64,000 nucleotides of DNA from Octopus vulgaris (lineage: Eukaryota): assembly GCA_951406725.2 (NCBI GenBank), contig OX597820.1, positions 7,130,001 through 7,194,000 on the forward strand, read 5' to 3'. Of the stretch, positions 14,730-29,145 are shown one piece after another. Below the pieces are notes generated by a model. That model was not told where the DNA came from. It did no database searches and saw nothing but the letters and a program-made list of their open reading frames with translations. Position numbers and translations under genes: made by a program. How positions within the stretch are numbered: the stretch's first letter is position 1; each line of letters opens with the position of its first letter.

Positions 14730-14890
14730 ATAAGATAGGCTTTATTCATTTTTCGTCTACCAAAGACATTCACCAGGCTTTGGTCAGCATAAGGCTATAG
14801 TAGGAAACACACAAGATGCCATGCTGGTGGACTGAACGCAGGACCGTGTGTTTGGCGCGCAAACGTGTCACCACACAGCCACTCCTGCGT
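14730..14890 (-). mobile_element. SINE S2, diverged 5' part
   Basis: ccacacagccactcctgcg head and ggctatagtaggaaacac. Confidence 0.7.
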
Positions 14891-14939
14891 GTAATATTGA
14901 CAGGATATGAATAAGCAAAGCAATAATCGTTTGTATGAT

Positions 14940-15137
14940 AGCCACAAAGCCTGAAATTATTGTAGAGAGGTGTTAGTCGAATATTTCAAACCCAAAGCTT
15001 CACTCAATTTACTGAGCCACAAAAAGATGAAAAGCAGAGTCGGCCTTGGCGGGATTTGAACTAAGAACGTAGCGATGGGCGGAATGCCGCTAAGCATTTT
15101 GTCCAGCGTGCTAACGATTCTGCCAGCTCACCACCTT
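14940..15137 (-). mobile_element. SINE S1, diverged
   Basis: gctaacgattctgccagctcaccacctt head. Confidence 0.75.
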
Positions 15138-15726
15138 ATTAAACACCGTAATAATGGCTGATATTTATTCTAAGATTCCAACAGCGTCCATGTTACCTCT
15201 ATCGAAGATTCTTCTCCATTTTTGCCATTCGCCAATGCCTTGTCTGGAACGTCATCCAGTAAATATAAAGAACAGCAAGTTGGAACAGTTCACACGTCAC
15301 CAATTCTTGACTAACGTCAGTCCTACAGAGAGGTTTCTCGCACGAAATATTTACACTTTTTCGGAGTCGACTGTCAAACATTTGGACATCCGTTCCTGCT
15401 TATAATTCTATCTCACATTATTCAATATGTCCGTCTCTCTCTCTCTCTCTCTCTCTGTGTCTTTCTACTTCCCTCCCTCCCTCCCTCCCTCCTATCTATC
15501 TATCTGGTTGAGTATCTCTTATCTTCTCCTTCTCCTTTTGTATATACTTACATAAATGTATGCAAGTATAAGCATGCACGTGTTTGGGCAGACAAATATA
15601 TAGATATGTATGTATATATATATACACACACACACATATATATATATATGCGTGTACGTGTATATATGTATATACATATATGGATATATATATGTACGTG
15701 TGTATATATGTGCGTGTGTGTGAGTG

Positions 15727-15776
<50 letters not shown>

Positions 15777-16381
15777 AATACATACGTATGCATACATATA
15801 TACATACATACATACACACATATATGTACGCGCGCGCGTCTGTGAGCCAATTTAGACAAACAAGTATATGCATGTATTTAAACGTAGTATCTATCTATCT
15901 TTCTGTCAATCTATCTCTTTATGCATATACACATACGTGTGTCTGCGTACAAATATACTTGCATACATACATACCTACATATATATATATATATAATATA
16001 TATATATATATACACACACACAAACACATGTGCATGAGTGTGTATGTGTGTTTATGTGTCCGTAATTGCTTAAGCCTATGTCATTACATTCTTACAGTTT
16101 CCTTGACGTTCGTCTCAGTAGATTTAATAAGATATCATCGTGTACAGTTTGCGGTAAGTTTTCACAACCAATGAACATAGGACAAAAGTCGCCACAGCAG
16201 CAGATCTCGGTCGGCTTTGAAGCCGCGAGTTCAAAACCTGCCAGAGATGCCTGTGTAGTTTCCCCTTCAAATTTACACATCATATAAATAGCATACAGTG
16301 TCATTCAATCATCAATAAACTATTCTAGAATATTATTGAAGTTTTGTTCAATATAAATTTCTTACTTTAAGATCTCATGTA

Positions 16382-16426
<45 letters not shown>

Positions 16427-16720
16427 CACAAGCATGTGTGTATACATTTTCTTCCAGTATGAACTAGTGAATTTGATGCCATGGTGCGACATCTTGCGTA
16501 ATTTCTTTCATAGCTTCGAATATGCCTTGTGAGTGGAATTTAACCAACAGAAATTTACAGAATACGTGGCGGAAACTGATTTACGATATTTCTTCCAGCA
16601 CTTTACGTTCTAAGTTCAAATCGCACAGTGCTCAAATCTAAATTTTATCCCTCCAGGGTTGATAAATTTAAATATTATTCAAGTACCGGGATCGATGTAA
16701 TGGTTTAAATCCCCTAAAAT

Positions 16721-17020
16721 AAGTTGTTCCTTCTCGAGCCACGTCTGGCTCATAGGGCAGGTTTTCCGGTTTCCTTGGCGTATAGGTTCCCCACCTTGAC
16801 GGTACGCCGGCCCGACGTAGGTGAGCTGCAAGATGCAGGAGGAAAGAGTGAGAGAAAGTTGTGGTGAAAGAGTCAGCAGAAATTCGCCATTAACTTCTGC
16901 CGGAGCCGCGTGGAGCTTAGGTGATTCACTCATAACCACACCCATCGCCCGGTCTGAGATTCGAACCCGCTATCCCTGACCGCGAGTCCGCTGCTCTAAC
17001 CACTAGGCCATGTGCCTCTA
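16721..17020 (-). mobile_element. SINE S3, tail type B, nested in an old S1 copy (~16570-17055)
   Basis: TSD cccctaaaat on both sides; homologous to 25848-26156. Confidence 0.85.
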
Positions 17021-17769
17021 CCCCTAAAATTGGTGGTATTACACCAGAATATTTCAACTGGAATTCGCAAATATTTAAGAATAAACAAAAGATTTCAAGG
17101 CAAAACCGTCGTCTTTGAAATAGAAATGAAATCGGTGAAGAGAAGAATTCCACACGAAATGGATATGGCAAATACATATCATTGTATACATACACGCGCA
17201 CACACACATACACGCAACACACACACACACGCACACACACACACGCACATACACACACATTCTGCCTCATCTTATGATGAAGACGTAATTCCACACCTGT
17301 AATATCTCATAGATAATTGGTATAGTGTCTGGTAGAATCCATATGCGTGCGCGCGCGCGCGTGTGTGTGTGTGTGAGAGTGTGTGTGAGTGTATGTGTGA
17401 CTTTTAGCATTGCTATAGAACGAACATGTTTTGCAACGAGTTACACACATTTCCTTGTTCTTATAAATGGAAGGAAACAGTGACTTGCGACGAGAAATAA
17501 ATAAATATATTTCCAGAGAAATTCTAAAGGGACCTGGAATGGTGAAAACCGCAAGCTGTAGATATTGGCAGCCATAATTAATGGACTTAACAGGAATATA
17601 GTATAAACGTTTGTCGATAGTGAATAGGGGACAATTGATGAAATAATGGTAAAGTATTCTGTTGAAATAGGGAACCATAATTCAAAATATCGCCAAACTG
17701 GAACTAGAAAAATCTCAAGAATTCCATAAATTGCCAAGTAGCTTCTGTGACATAGTCTGTGATGAATCA

Positions 17770-18245
17770 GGTTAAATTCAGTAAAGCAGATCTAGAAATG
17801 ATTAAGTGATTCCATAGAGAGTTTCTTCTGTTCAGTAAAGAAACAAGAATTGACAGTTTATTCCTGAAAATGGATAATGGAAGCAGAAATGTCAACAGAA
17901 TGAAAGATGAATATAAAAAAATATAAAAGGGAAAAGAAATTTTGTAAAAAAAAGTGTATGTCGAAAGGATTGAAAAGAAAAGCTGTGAATGGATAACTGA
18001 GAACAGCATGAAAGAACGAGATCAAGGAAAGAATAATGGTCCATGACTAAAGGAAACAGAAGATGCCATGATCTGTGTGGTTGCGGTGGGGAGGTTGTGG
18101 GTGGGGTAAGGTGAAATTTGATAATGGAGAGATTAGAATAAATTGGGAAAGAATGATTGTTACATGGAATGAAATTTGTGGAAATTAAAAAGTAAAATAA
18201 CGTAAAACTTCTAAAAGATCTCTGAAAAATTTAAGGTAAAGAAGT
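17770..18245 (+). pseudogene. Highly decayed R4/Dong-like non-LTR retrotransposon 3' fragment ending at (AAT)n
   Basis: LKETEDAMICVVA resembles the LKxETEalIxAAQ motif; abuts (AAT)n 18246-18333, consistent with Dong-type (TAA)n targeting. Confidence 0.35.
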
Positions 18246-18254
18246 ATGATGATG

Positions 18255-18324
<70 letters not shown>

Positions 18325-19329
18325 TAATAATAATTAATGAAGTATTGTGTAAGAGCTTTCAAATGTGTTGGATGAAGAGGTTACAAAAAGGTTTTTCAGG
18401 AAACCGTCTTTCCGCCATGTGCATGCAAGAAGAAATGGAAGAAATTAAGAAGCGTTGATGTGATAACAGGGGATGCAAGGAAAATTAGATTGAGATCTTC
18501 ATTTTACGTGTGACTATAAAATATTAGCTGACAATGATCAGATTGAAGTATATTTTAATATTCAGATTTGTTAAAAGGCAACGCTCTATAGTTTGGGCAT
18601 TGTATCGCACCCAACCGTGAAGACTATGTTGGCAACTGATGGACCTCCTCATTTGTACAAACCATCAACGCCAGTCATGAACTAATGTATTACACAATAT
18701 CAGACAAGGTGGCCGCGTGCTCTGTTGATCTTTCAGCGAAATTTTCATCGAAGTTCATTTCTGGATGAGACTGACCAGCATGTTTCTTTTAGCCAAATGC
18801 TGCACATGTACGATGAGAATAAAATCTCTAGTATTTTAACTAAATCTTTGCCCCAGTGGTATATTCTAGCCAACGTGGATTTGCCTCGCTGGACGACGTG
18901 TAATAAATCCGTCAAATTATTTTGGTTTAAGCCTATTCCTATTGACACATCCCTCCTATATTTGTCTGTTTATATCAAGATGTTCCTCTCATATCTCGGG
19001 TCAGGCAATTTCCCCACAAAATCATATTCTGTCAAAGAGTTCTTCTTTAAGTTTGTTGTTCTCTGGATTATAGTCGTTCAACTCTGACTTGGGACATTAC
19101 GACTGCAAGAAACTTCTTTGAAGGAAAATCCCCGCCAGTCAAAAACTATGAGAATGAAGAAAAACAAAGAACATAGCAACGCAAGAAAGAAACTTCAAGA
19201 TATTGCAATAGAGAAATAACTACCAAAAGACATATCCCAAGAATTCATTCTAGAGACCGAACTACATGGAAACAACTCAAAGAACACCTGTTGGATCAAA
19301 ACTAAACAACAACAATATTTCTCAACCAA

Positions 19330-19560
19330 AAGTGGCTGAGACTATAGGATCAGCTGACGTGCTAGTTAAAACAGCTAAATCACCCTAAAATCATTTCCTG
19401 TCTTAAAAAAGGAAAGGAAATTGTAGGTCGTCATGGTTACAATATGTTATTGTATTGAAGATCTTTTATGACGAAGGAGAAAAACGCAGGATATTTGTCG
19501 ATAGAATGCTGATCAAGTCTGACCTTGGGCTAAACAAGAAGATGATAAATAAAAGAACAA
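19330..19560 (+). repeat. Old dispersed repeat
   Basis: gtgctagttaaaacagctaaatcacc...cttaaaaaaggaaagg...gaccttgggctaaacaa. Confidence 0.5.
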
Positions 19561-20267
19561 CAACAAAAAGAAAAACAACGACACGAGCAACAACAAAAGA
19601 TGATTCATTGAAGGTGAAGAGACCTAGAAATGTAAGAGAGTTTTTAATACAAATATATTGTAATATATTCGTAAAGAGAAAGACAAACAAACATATTTGA
19701 TAAAGAGAGAAATATCGAAATATTTCTAAGAATGTCTTGAAATGAATGTTTAAAGATGATTCTTCTAAATTAAATGAAAGATGGCAAAATGGAAGATTCT
19801 ATGAAGAAATGATTTACTGCGATTCTTGTGTGATGTTTCGGGAAATGACGATCACACTTCACTGGAGAACATATTCGAAATAAAGGCAAAGAAAGAAAGA
19901 AATCTCCAAGAGAATTCTAACGCAAAGATTTATGCAGCCATGACATCAATTTAATCAGTTGAATCTATGTTCTGTATATATATATATATACATACACACA
20001 CACACACATTAACATACACGCACACAAACACTTATATATACATAAATACATATAAACACAAACAGACATACACATACACACAACTACACATATACACCAG
20101 CACATACACTCAGATATTTATGTATTCCTGTACGTGCATACACCATATCTCTCCCCTGTCCCATTTCTCTCACTTATTTTACTTTCACACACCTACACAC
20201 ACACACACACACATATGCATACAAAGTTAGAGAAATGTATCCATATATACATATGTATCTTTGTATG

Positions 20268-20313
<46 letters not shown>

Positions 20314-20328
20314 TAGACTTACCTATCA

Positions 20329-20404
<76 letters not shown>

Positions 20405-20559
20405 AATTACAGATGTGTATTTTCTATATAATATATTCGTGAACAAACATAAATACAAGTATGAGTTCATGGAACAGTGTAAATTTCTGTTGTAGATATA
20501 TTGTAATTATTATCTCTATTAGCATAAATAGACAGACACATCACAAACAAACAGGTTAT

Positions 20560-21090
<531 letters not shown>

Positions 21091-21134
21091 ATACAGGGAG
21101 AGAAAAAAAGAACGGTAGAGAAAGGGAAGGAGAC

Positions 21135-21214
<80 letters not shown>

Positions 21215-21279
21215 TATGTGTGTGGTTAGTGTTTGGCTAGAGTATTATTCCAATACACTGTTACATCAATAAACCGAGA

Positions 21280-21830
21280 TATAGCGATGCCAAAAATATT
21301 CTTCTTAAATTCTGTATTTATAATATACACACACCAAACTACTATATATTCTTTTACGAACCTAGACTCACACATATACACAAAGCTGGGTGTATATAGA
21401 ATTATTTATAAATGTTTATCTTCCTTTTCATATTATTATGACACTCTGAATTCTTTCATGCAATATCGATCGTTATCTTTTGACAAATTATTTCTCGATA
21501 AATTAAAGAAGTATAAAGCCATCGCCGCTTCGATCTTCGTAAACAGCCGAGTCGATTAAAGGGAGGGGAGCAACGGTGGTAGCAACCGGTTATGTTCTTC
21601 TGGTTGTTTAGATCCAGATCAGAACTAACTGAATAAAACTATGATCAAAGACAGTCCAAGCATGACCATCAAGTTGAAGCATCTGTGTAACAATGATAGT
21701 CTGGAAGAGCTAGTTTTCTATTTCTGTAAGTGTAATATTGTACAATATAATATGTATCACGCATATTGGCGCTGATATGTAAAGTAGTTTATCATATTAC
21801 ATGATGAAGGCAACGAAACGGCCGTAATCC
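21280..21830 (+). pseudogene. Possible Penelope-like GIY-YIG remnant followed by a decayed hammerhead (21801-21826)
   Basis: TKLGVYRIIYKCLSSFSYY resembles GVYxIxCxC..YIG; downstream aTGATGA-aggcaac-GAAAC-ggcc-GTA with palindromic ACGGCCGT. Confidence 0.4.
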
Positions 21831-21879
21831 TACGGATATCAACTGGTTAGATAAATATATTCACCTCGTGTACCTCCTG

Positions 21880-22216
21880 TATTATTTGCTTTTCTCTTTT
21901 TGGTAAGCGTGGTACTTCTTGTCGAAGCACTAAGTTACAGGGACGTAAACACACTAAACAGCGGCTGTCAACCGATGGTAAGGGACAGACGGAGACACAA
22001 AGACTGACAGACAGGCAGACAGATACACACACACACATACACACACACACGCATATGAAGGGCTTTCATTTTCCGTCGACCAAATCTATTCACAAGTGTT
22101 TGGTCGGCCCGAGGCTGCAGTAGAATACACCTTCACAAGGTGCCACGCAGTGGGACTGAACCCGGAACCATGTGGTTAAGACGCAAACTTCTTTCCACAC
22201 TGCCACACTGGCGCCC
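21880..22216 (-). mobile_element. SINE S2
   Basis: aaggtgccacgcagtgggactgaacccggaaccatgtgg. Confidence 0.8.
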
Positions 22217-23344
22217 ATAATCATGCAGTGGAAATGTTTTTGTTTCCACGGGTATTTGTTGAACATGAAGCTGCTTCTGGTGTCTTTGCATAGTTGCAGC
22301 AGCACAGATAGAAGAACAAGTCGCACGAGGTATTCCCCTCCGCCCTTTAAAGACCCTCAACATAAATAGTAACTATACTTTTCTTTAGAACACATCAACT
22401 TTCGGCTCTATACAAGAGGAACATCAACAACGTCGATCCCAGTCGTCTCAGAGATGCTTTGGACAGCACAGGCACGAGTACGTCCTCCAGACCAAAGCAT
22501 TGAAAGGAAAGACCTGACTAAAATTTCGTCTGCTGGTCTTATCATTTTTACTCTTTCCGCTTTAATAAAATATTGCCAGAAAAAAACCCCAGATATCTCC
22601 TATTAATTTATGTTAATATGTAGAATATGAGATATTGTTATAATAATAACAACAATATTATAGACTGGTGAATTAATGCTGCACATGCCATCGTCTATGA
22701 CAAATGAGACAATGGCAACAATTATATGATGTATTATTATCATTGAAACGACGTTAATATTCAGACTTCGTCATGACCTGGATATCAGCCATTTGAGATG
22801 TCCACCGCAATTGCCATAATATATTATTTAGCTGTCAATATATCGATAAAAATACAGAATACAGACGTCGTTAATATGACGACTCTGACCATCTTTAAAT
22901 ATCATTTGTTGCTGATATAAATACCTTCTTGAAGTCACTGTATACAACCTCTGTAAGGGTGCTCCTTTGACCAGCTGAAAATAGCAGCCAAAGTCTCGTA
23001 ATTCTACACAAATATTTTGAATCATCAAAGAAATTTGGATAACATAGTTTCCAATATAGAAACGAAAGAAATCTTTTACAAGAAAAATATCAGTGGAATA
23101 ATCATATTTAACACATTCGTGTACATTTGATGGTGGATGGTGGATAGACAAGTAGCTATCTAAATAATGTCGGGAGAAAATACACGTCACAAATATTATG
23201 GAGTGAAACATACTGCGCTACGGATGGCGTCATCGGGTGGTAGGATGCGTAGGTTTTTGCATCATTTAAGTTTGCTACCAAAAGCAAATCAGTTATTTAC
23301 ATCCCTATAAGAACGGTTGTCCATATATATATATATATATATAC

Positions 23345-23453
23345 ATAATTAATAATGCAAGGGTAAATAATTATTAATTTCAAAATCAACAATTATTTCC
23401 GGGTAGATTTCGGTATGGAAATATAACCATTATCGGTAGGAACCTTTTAAAAA

Positions 23454-23544
<91 letters not shown>

Positions 23545-23740
23545 AATAAAAAGGGCAAGCAACAGGCTGCTTAGCCACATACCGAAAAATTAGAAATAGC
23601 AGTCAAAGACCGCTTCTTTCTATTTTCTAGAAATATAACTCCACATATAACTTTATGTCTGTAGAAAATAGAAAGAAGCGGTCTTTGACTGCCATTTCTA
23701 ATTTTTCGATATATGGCTAAGCAACATGTTGCTTGCCCTT

Positions 23741-23741
<1 letters not shown>
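23345..23741. mobile_element. Family D fold-back element (80-bp inverted arms 23550-23629 / 23662-23741 plus tail 23345-23455)
   Basis: Arms and tail similar to 57752-58400; embedded in (TA)n. Confidence 0.7.
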
Positions 23742-23807
<66 letters not shown>

Positions 23808-23961
23808 AGCCTATATGTAACGCCAGTTCATTTGCTGATGTACCCAAAGCTTGTTCCAGCCGGAATTGTTGACACAGCTATTGTTTTTATGTAACGAAAC
23901 TCTGTTCTCTTCTATACATCTTGATCGATTGGTAAACACTCTGTGCTAAGAAATGCAACCA

Positions 23962-24018
<57 letters not shown>

Positions 24019-25847
24019 GAGTATTTTTCTGTATTGTAATATCATTATTATTATTATTATTATTATAAAATATTATTCCTATACTAATAATGTTTTTGTT
24101 ATTGTTGTTATTATTATTATTATTATTTACTTCAACCTCCAGTAAGATAATTCATAACGTCTATTAACAGCCGAAGCTACAACGTTACCAAAGTTTCTGT
24201 AAATATTCCAACAGAATTCCCCAAACGACGACAGCAAATCATTTTTATTAAACATTTCGGCCATTTTGAATTACAACCATTGATGAAACAGTGCAGCTAT
24301 ATACTTGTTCCTTGTTGCTTGGTCTAACTGTGTATACATACATACATACATACATACATACATACATACATACATACATACACACAAACGTACATACATA
24401 CATACATACATACATACATACAGGTATATACATATAAGCGTATGTGTATGTGCATGTGTGAGCGTGTATGCATATATATACAGAGAGAGAATCATAGATA
24501 TATGTATATGTAAGCATGTATATATGCATGCATATGTGTGTGTGTGTGTGTGAGTTTATAGATCATCCAAGTTTTAAAAACTTACACAGGCTGGTACGAT
24601 CAATATCGATGTAACATACTTTAAATGTGTGTATCTAGGTGTTATATGAATATAGAAGTATATCACTCACATACCTCATATATGTATACATGCATATATA
24701 ATGTACAAATATTACATATAAATACATAGGCAAATATGCAAATACACACATCTGCACACATACATTGCTAGTGCTTAAAACAGCTTTTCTTATACTGCAG
24801 TAATTTAATTTACAACTAATGCACACACACACACACACTAACATTCGTACAGACACACTTTTGCAGAATGGCAAGTGCATAAAACACCCGTTAGATTTAA
24901 AGTACCTGAAACCAAACTTGTTAGACTGGATGTATACGTGTTTGTGTGTTTTAATATATATATATATATATCCATTCTGCCAGCTATTAGGTATATAGCC
25001 TCAGCCATCAGTAACAGAATCTTTAAACTTTATGCACACCACCACGATGCATTAGCATGGACGCAAATCACTGAGGCGTTAATATATGTGGAAGCTTCCA
25101 CATCACCTCTATACTCGAAGCTGGGTCTGGTTCACTCCTCCGTTTGACCTAGAAGTTCCTAAGAGATTCCTATTGTTGATCAAGGAGAATTCCTTTAGAG
25201 GCCATAAGTGTTATAAGCTGTTCAACTCATACAACTTTAAGGCTAGTTAATCCTGATTAAACAATATCACGCTACAATAGATACAAGAACATACCTACAT
25301 GGTTCCTATCCGACACTCTAACCTATTACTTCCGAAATTTTACGAGCTGCCCTCTCAGAGTATCTTATACCTCACAAGGGTTGTGGCCAATAGAGCCACA
25401 TTCACACTATCCCATAGAATCACAAGACACTACACATGTATGACAACCAACGACTTGAAGAGAAGAGATATACAGGTGATGCACACCATCAGATGCAGGG
25501 ATAGGAAAATCTCCACTGCCCCGTCCAGTTTTATCTGGCGATTTCATGACCATCAGAACCACTATCCCAACATCATGCCAAATCTGCCTCTGCAAGAGAT
25601 AATAAATTCTCTACCAATATGCAGCATCCATCAACAAGTGCCGGGTACTCAACCCCCTGTCACATGTCCAAGCCACACATTTGACCTTGCAGGTCTTCCC
25701 ATCTTTCTTTATTCTTTCTTTAACTAGCACCACCAAACCTTTACAGGTTGTTCTGCTGCTAGTGTGTGACAACAAATAAAACGGACGAATACACCAGAAA
25801 CCCCCACAAACACCATTTCTATACATCTATATGTATAGACACACGTT

Positions 25848-26156
25848 GTGGAAGCACATGACCTAGTGGTTAGAGCAGCGGACTCGCGGTCGAGGGATCG
25901 CGGGTTCGAATCTCAGACTGGGCGATGTATGTGTTTATGAGCGAAATACCCAAGCTCCACGTTGCTCCGGCAGAAGGTAATGGCGAACTTCATCTGATTC
26001 TTTCGCTGCAACTTTCTCTCACTATTTTCCTCCTCCATCTTGCAGCTCACCTGCGACGGACAGGCGTCCTGTCCAGGTGGGGAAACTATACACCAATGAA
26101 ATCGGGAAACCGGCCCTATGAGCCAGGCATGGCTTGAGAAGGAACAAACAAACAAC
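25848..26156 (+). mobile_element. SINE S3, tail type B
   Basis: tRNA-like head, (caaa)n tail, TSD atagacac(a/c)cgtt at 25835-25847 / 26157-26169. Confidence 0.9.
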
Positions 26157-26446
26157 ATAGACACCCGTTAACACACACACGCATGCACAAAAATCACATA
26201 TAAGAATATACTAAATACATATAACCACCTACACACAGCAGCTCGCGCATATTAGCTAACTGTTGTCGCCAGCGAACTGAGCCTCTGCCTCTAGTCACAG
26301 CGGCGTCACCAACATTTTGTCCGAGAGCAACGCAGTCTTAGAAATAATGAACGGGCACTAATGTCGTGGCCAAATTGATAACATCAACATGTGACTTGCG
26401 TTGACCAATGGTAGCCCAATACCCCCCTCTTCGTGTGTATATATAT

Positions 26447-26610
26447 AGGGCGAGTTTACGAAAAAACAGGTGGTGTACAGACGAAGACAGGTGGTGTACA
26501 AAACAAACAGATGTATTAGTATAACGCTCAGGAATAGGAAAAGTCTTTTACGTTTCGAGCCTACGCTCTTCTACAGAAAGGGACTCAGAAATAAACAAGG
26601 AGAGAAACAA
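26447..26610 (-). mobile_element. pLTR-derived short element, family A
   Basis: acgtttcgagcctacgctcttctacagaaag; (TA)n flanks. Confidence 0.7.
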
Positions 26611-27339
26611 ATATATATATATATATACATACGCTTGCAAACAAGCATACACACACATACACACACGCTCATACACACACACATATACACACACGCTCAC
26701 ACACACACACACACACATATTCAAGATTTCGGAAGAGTAGATCCCGAAGGACATAAAGCATAAAGCAGAAAATAAAAACACAATCCTGAACACGCATTCG
26801 TATACGCAAGACCGCGCACGCACATACACACACATGCACATACACACACACGCACATACACACACACGCACATACACACACACAGACACACACAGATATA
26901 CACACACACACACACATACGCGCGCGCGTGCGTAGTGATGTTGGACGAGACTGAGTTTAGAGGTCAATCGAAATCAAGTTATACTATTGTATTTAAGAAT
27001 TTCCAAATTATAATTTTTTTGTTACGCATCAAGCAAGAAGTTAAACGAACCCATGTGGCACAAGAAATGACTGTATTTCATGTTTACAGACATAAAATCT
27101 GTTATAATTTTTGACTTTCGTACATAAAACAAAAGAGATAACCCACAATGTGTGTATGTGCGTGCGTGTGTGTTGGTGTGTAAGTGTATCAATATTATAG
27201 GCACACACGCACACACAAACACTTATCCTAGTGATTCATGCAGTTTGATTGTCTCAATTGCATGATAATATTAGCAGGAGATGTTGCCTAAGGACAAATA
27301 TAAACAGCAATGTATTATAGAATAAACATCTCTTCAAGG

Positions 27340-27720
27340 AGAACTGACGGAGCCTTCCCAATAAAACACTTCTGCCGAGTGTAAAATACAGCAAACCTGA
27401 CATTGTTATTAGAGACGAAAGAAAAACTGTTTAAAGTCATATAGGTCACTTGTCCTGCAGATGGGAACATCTCATCGAAAATCAGTGAAAGGGAGAATAT
27501 TCTTGGACAACTGCTACGAATGCTGCAACTCCTCTATCCTGTATATAAATTGCTATTTGTACCAACAGTTATTGGTGCACTCGGTTATGTTAGTAAATGT
27601 TTAAGTGACAATTTGGAACAAGCGAGCGTTTTCGGGCGAAGAAGGAAACCGGTTCAAAGAAGCTTTACAAATACAATCTCTTAAAGGATCAGAAGATATT
27701 TGTAAGAAGTTTTAGCCTTC
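27340..27720 (+). pseudogene. R4/Dong-like retrotransposon REL endonuclease remnant
   Basis: Translates (with a frameshift and a stop) to KYSKPDIVIRD...TCPADGNISSKISERENILGQLLRMLQLLYPVYKLLFVPTVIGALGYVSKCL. Confidence 0.75.
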
Positions 27721-28702
27721 AACTTGTTATTCTTATCAAAATTCCTGCGATGGGGTTTTTAATTTTTTTCTATTGTTAGAAACCAATTCTTTTTGTATGA
27801 AGAATTCTAACGTATACATATACATGCATGCCTACATATACATGCATGCCTACATATACACTCACTTATATAGATTCAAATCTAGATAGCTAGTAAATAC
27901 ACACTTATAAGCATGCATATATATTTACATACATAAATAGATGCGCAGTTAAATAGGTAGTACATACATACATACATACATACATACATACATACATACA
28001 TGCATACATACATACATACATACATACATACATACATACATACATACACAGTCCCAGAAACTACGGTCTATACTTTACACGAGAGGGTAAAAGATCCAGT
28101 CTATAGATTCCAGAAGTGTCTGACAGCTTCGGGTGCCAGTGTGCCAGTGTGTGTGTGTGTGTGTGTGCTTCTGTGTATGTATTTGTTGTATTTGCATGAG
28201 TGTCTCTGTGCGTTTATGTGTGTATCTATTTTTTTTTCACCCACTTTCTTTAACGTTTACTATCGCTCACATTGTTCTTGTTCTTACTGTTGTTTTTCTC
28301 TGCTGCTGCTACTCTTGTTTTTTTTTTCCCCTTCAAGAGATTAAGATTCATGTCTAAGACTAAGCTGATTCTAGCATAGGCTGACGTCAGCAGAGCAAGA
28401 GGAGAACAACACTCATCTACACACAAACACCAGGCACAGATGCGCACCCATGCACACAAATATTTAGATGCATGCACGTTCAGAAATGCATATAGAGTCG
28501 TACATTAACATATCCGTTCATATTCTTGTAGATAGAACACTGTTTTGCCTATTACATGTATAACATTTTCTCATCTAAAGATATGCAAATCAATGCACAT
28601 ACACATGCACGCACACATATACATATATATATATGCATTTGTATACATACACACACACGCACACACATATATATGTACATAGATATCTAAATGTATTTAT
28701 AT

Positions 28703-28751
<49 letters not shown>

Positions 28752-28903
28752 GCATCAGTCTATCTCTATTTCTCTCTATCGTTCCTTCTACTAACATGGA
28801 ATGAAAACCTGACAGTTTGTGACTATGACATTATCACTAACTTCTTAGTCATAATTAGCACAAGCGAAGCCGGGTGACTACGCAAATGTATATATATATA
28901 TAT

Positions 28904-29103
28904 AGGGAGAGTTTACGAAAAAAAACAAAACAAAAGACGAAGACAGGTGGTGAACAAAACAAACAGATGTATTAGTATAACGCTCAGGAATAGAAAAAGT
29001 ATTTTACGTTTCGAGCCTACGCGCTTCTACAGAAAGGGACAGAGAAAGAACAGAAAGACAAAAAAATGTGTGTAGTGGCAAACGATCTATCGTGGCGACA
29101 GCC

Positions 29104-29105
<2 letters not shown>
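28904..29105 (-). mobile_element. pLTR-derived short element, family A
   Basis: Near-identical to 26447-26610. Confidence 0.7.

Positions 29106-29144
<39 letters not shown>

Positions 29145-29145
<1 letters not shown>

Noticed and set aside
18600-19290. Possible RTE-type LINE remnants (also 25500-25830)
   Set aside because: Only faint motif echoes (DRTTWK, WLGHV); too decayed to call by eye
25848-25925. tRNA-like sequence
   Set aside because: SINE head continuing into SINE body with a TSD; not a tRNA gene
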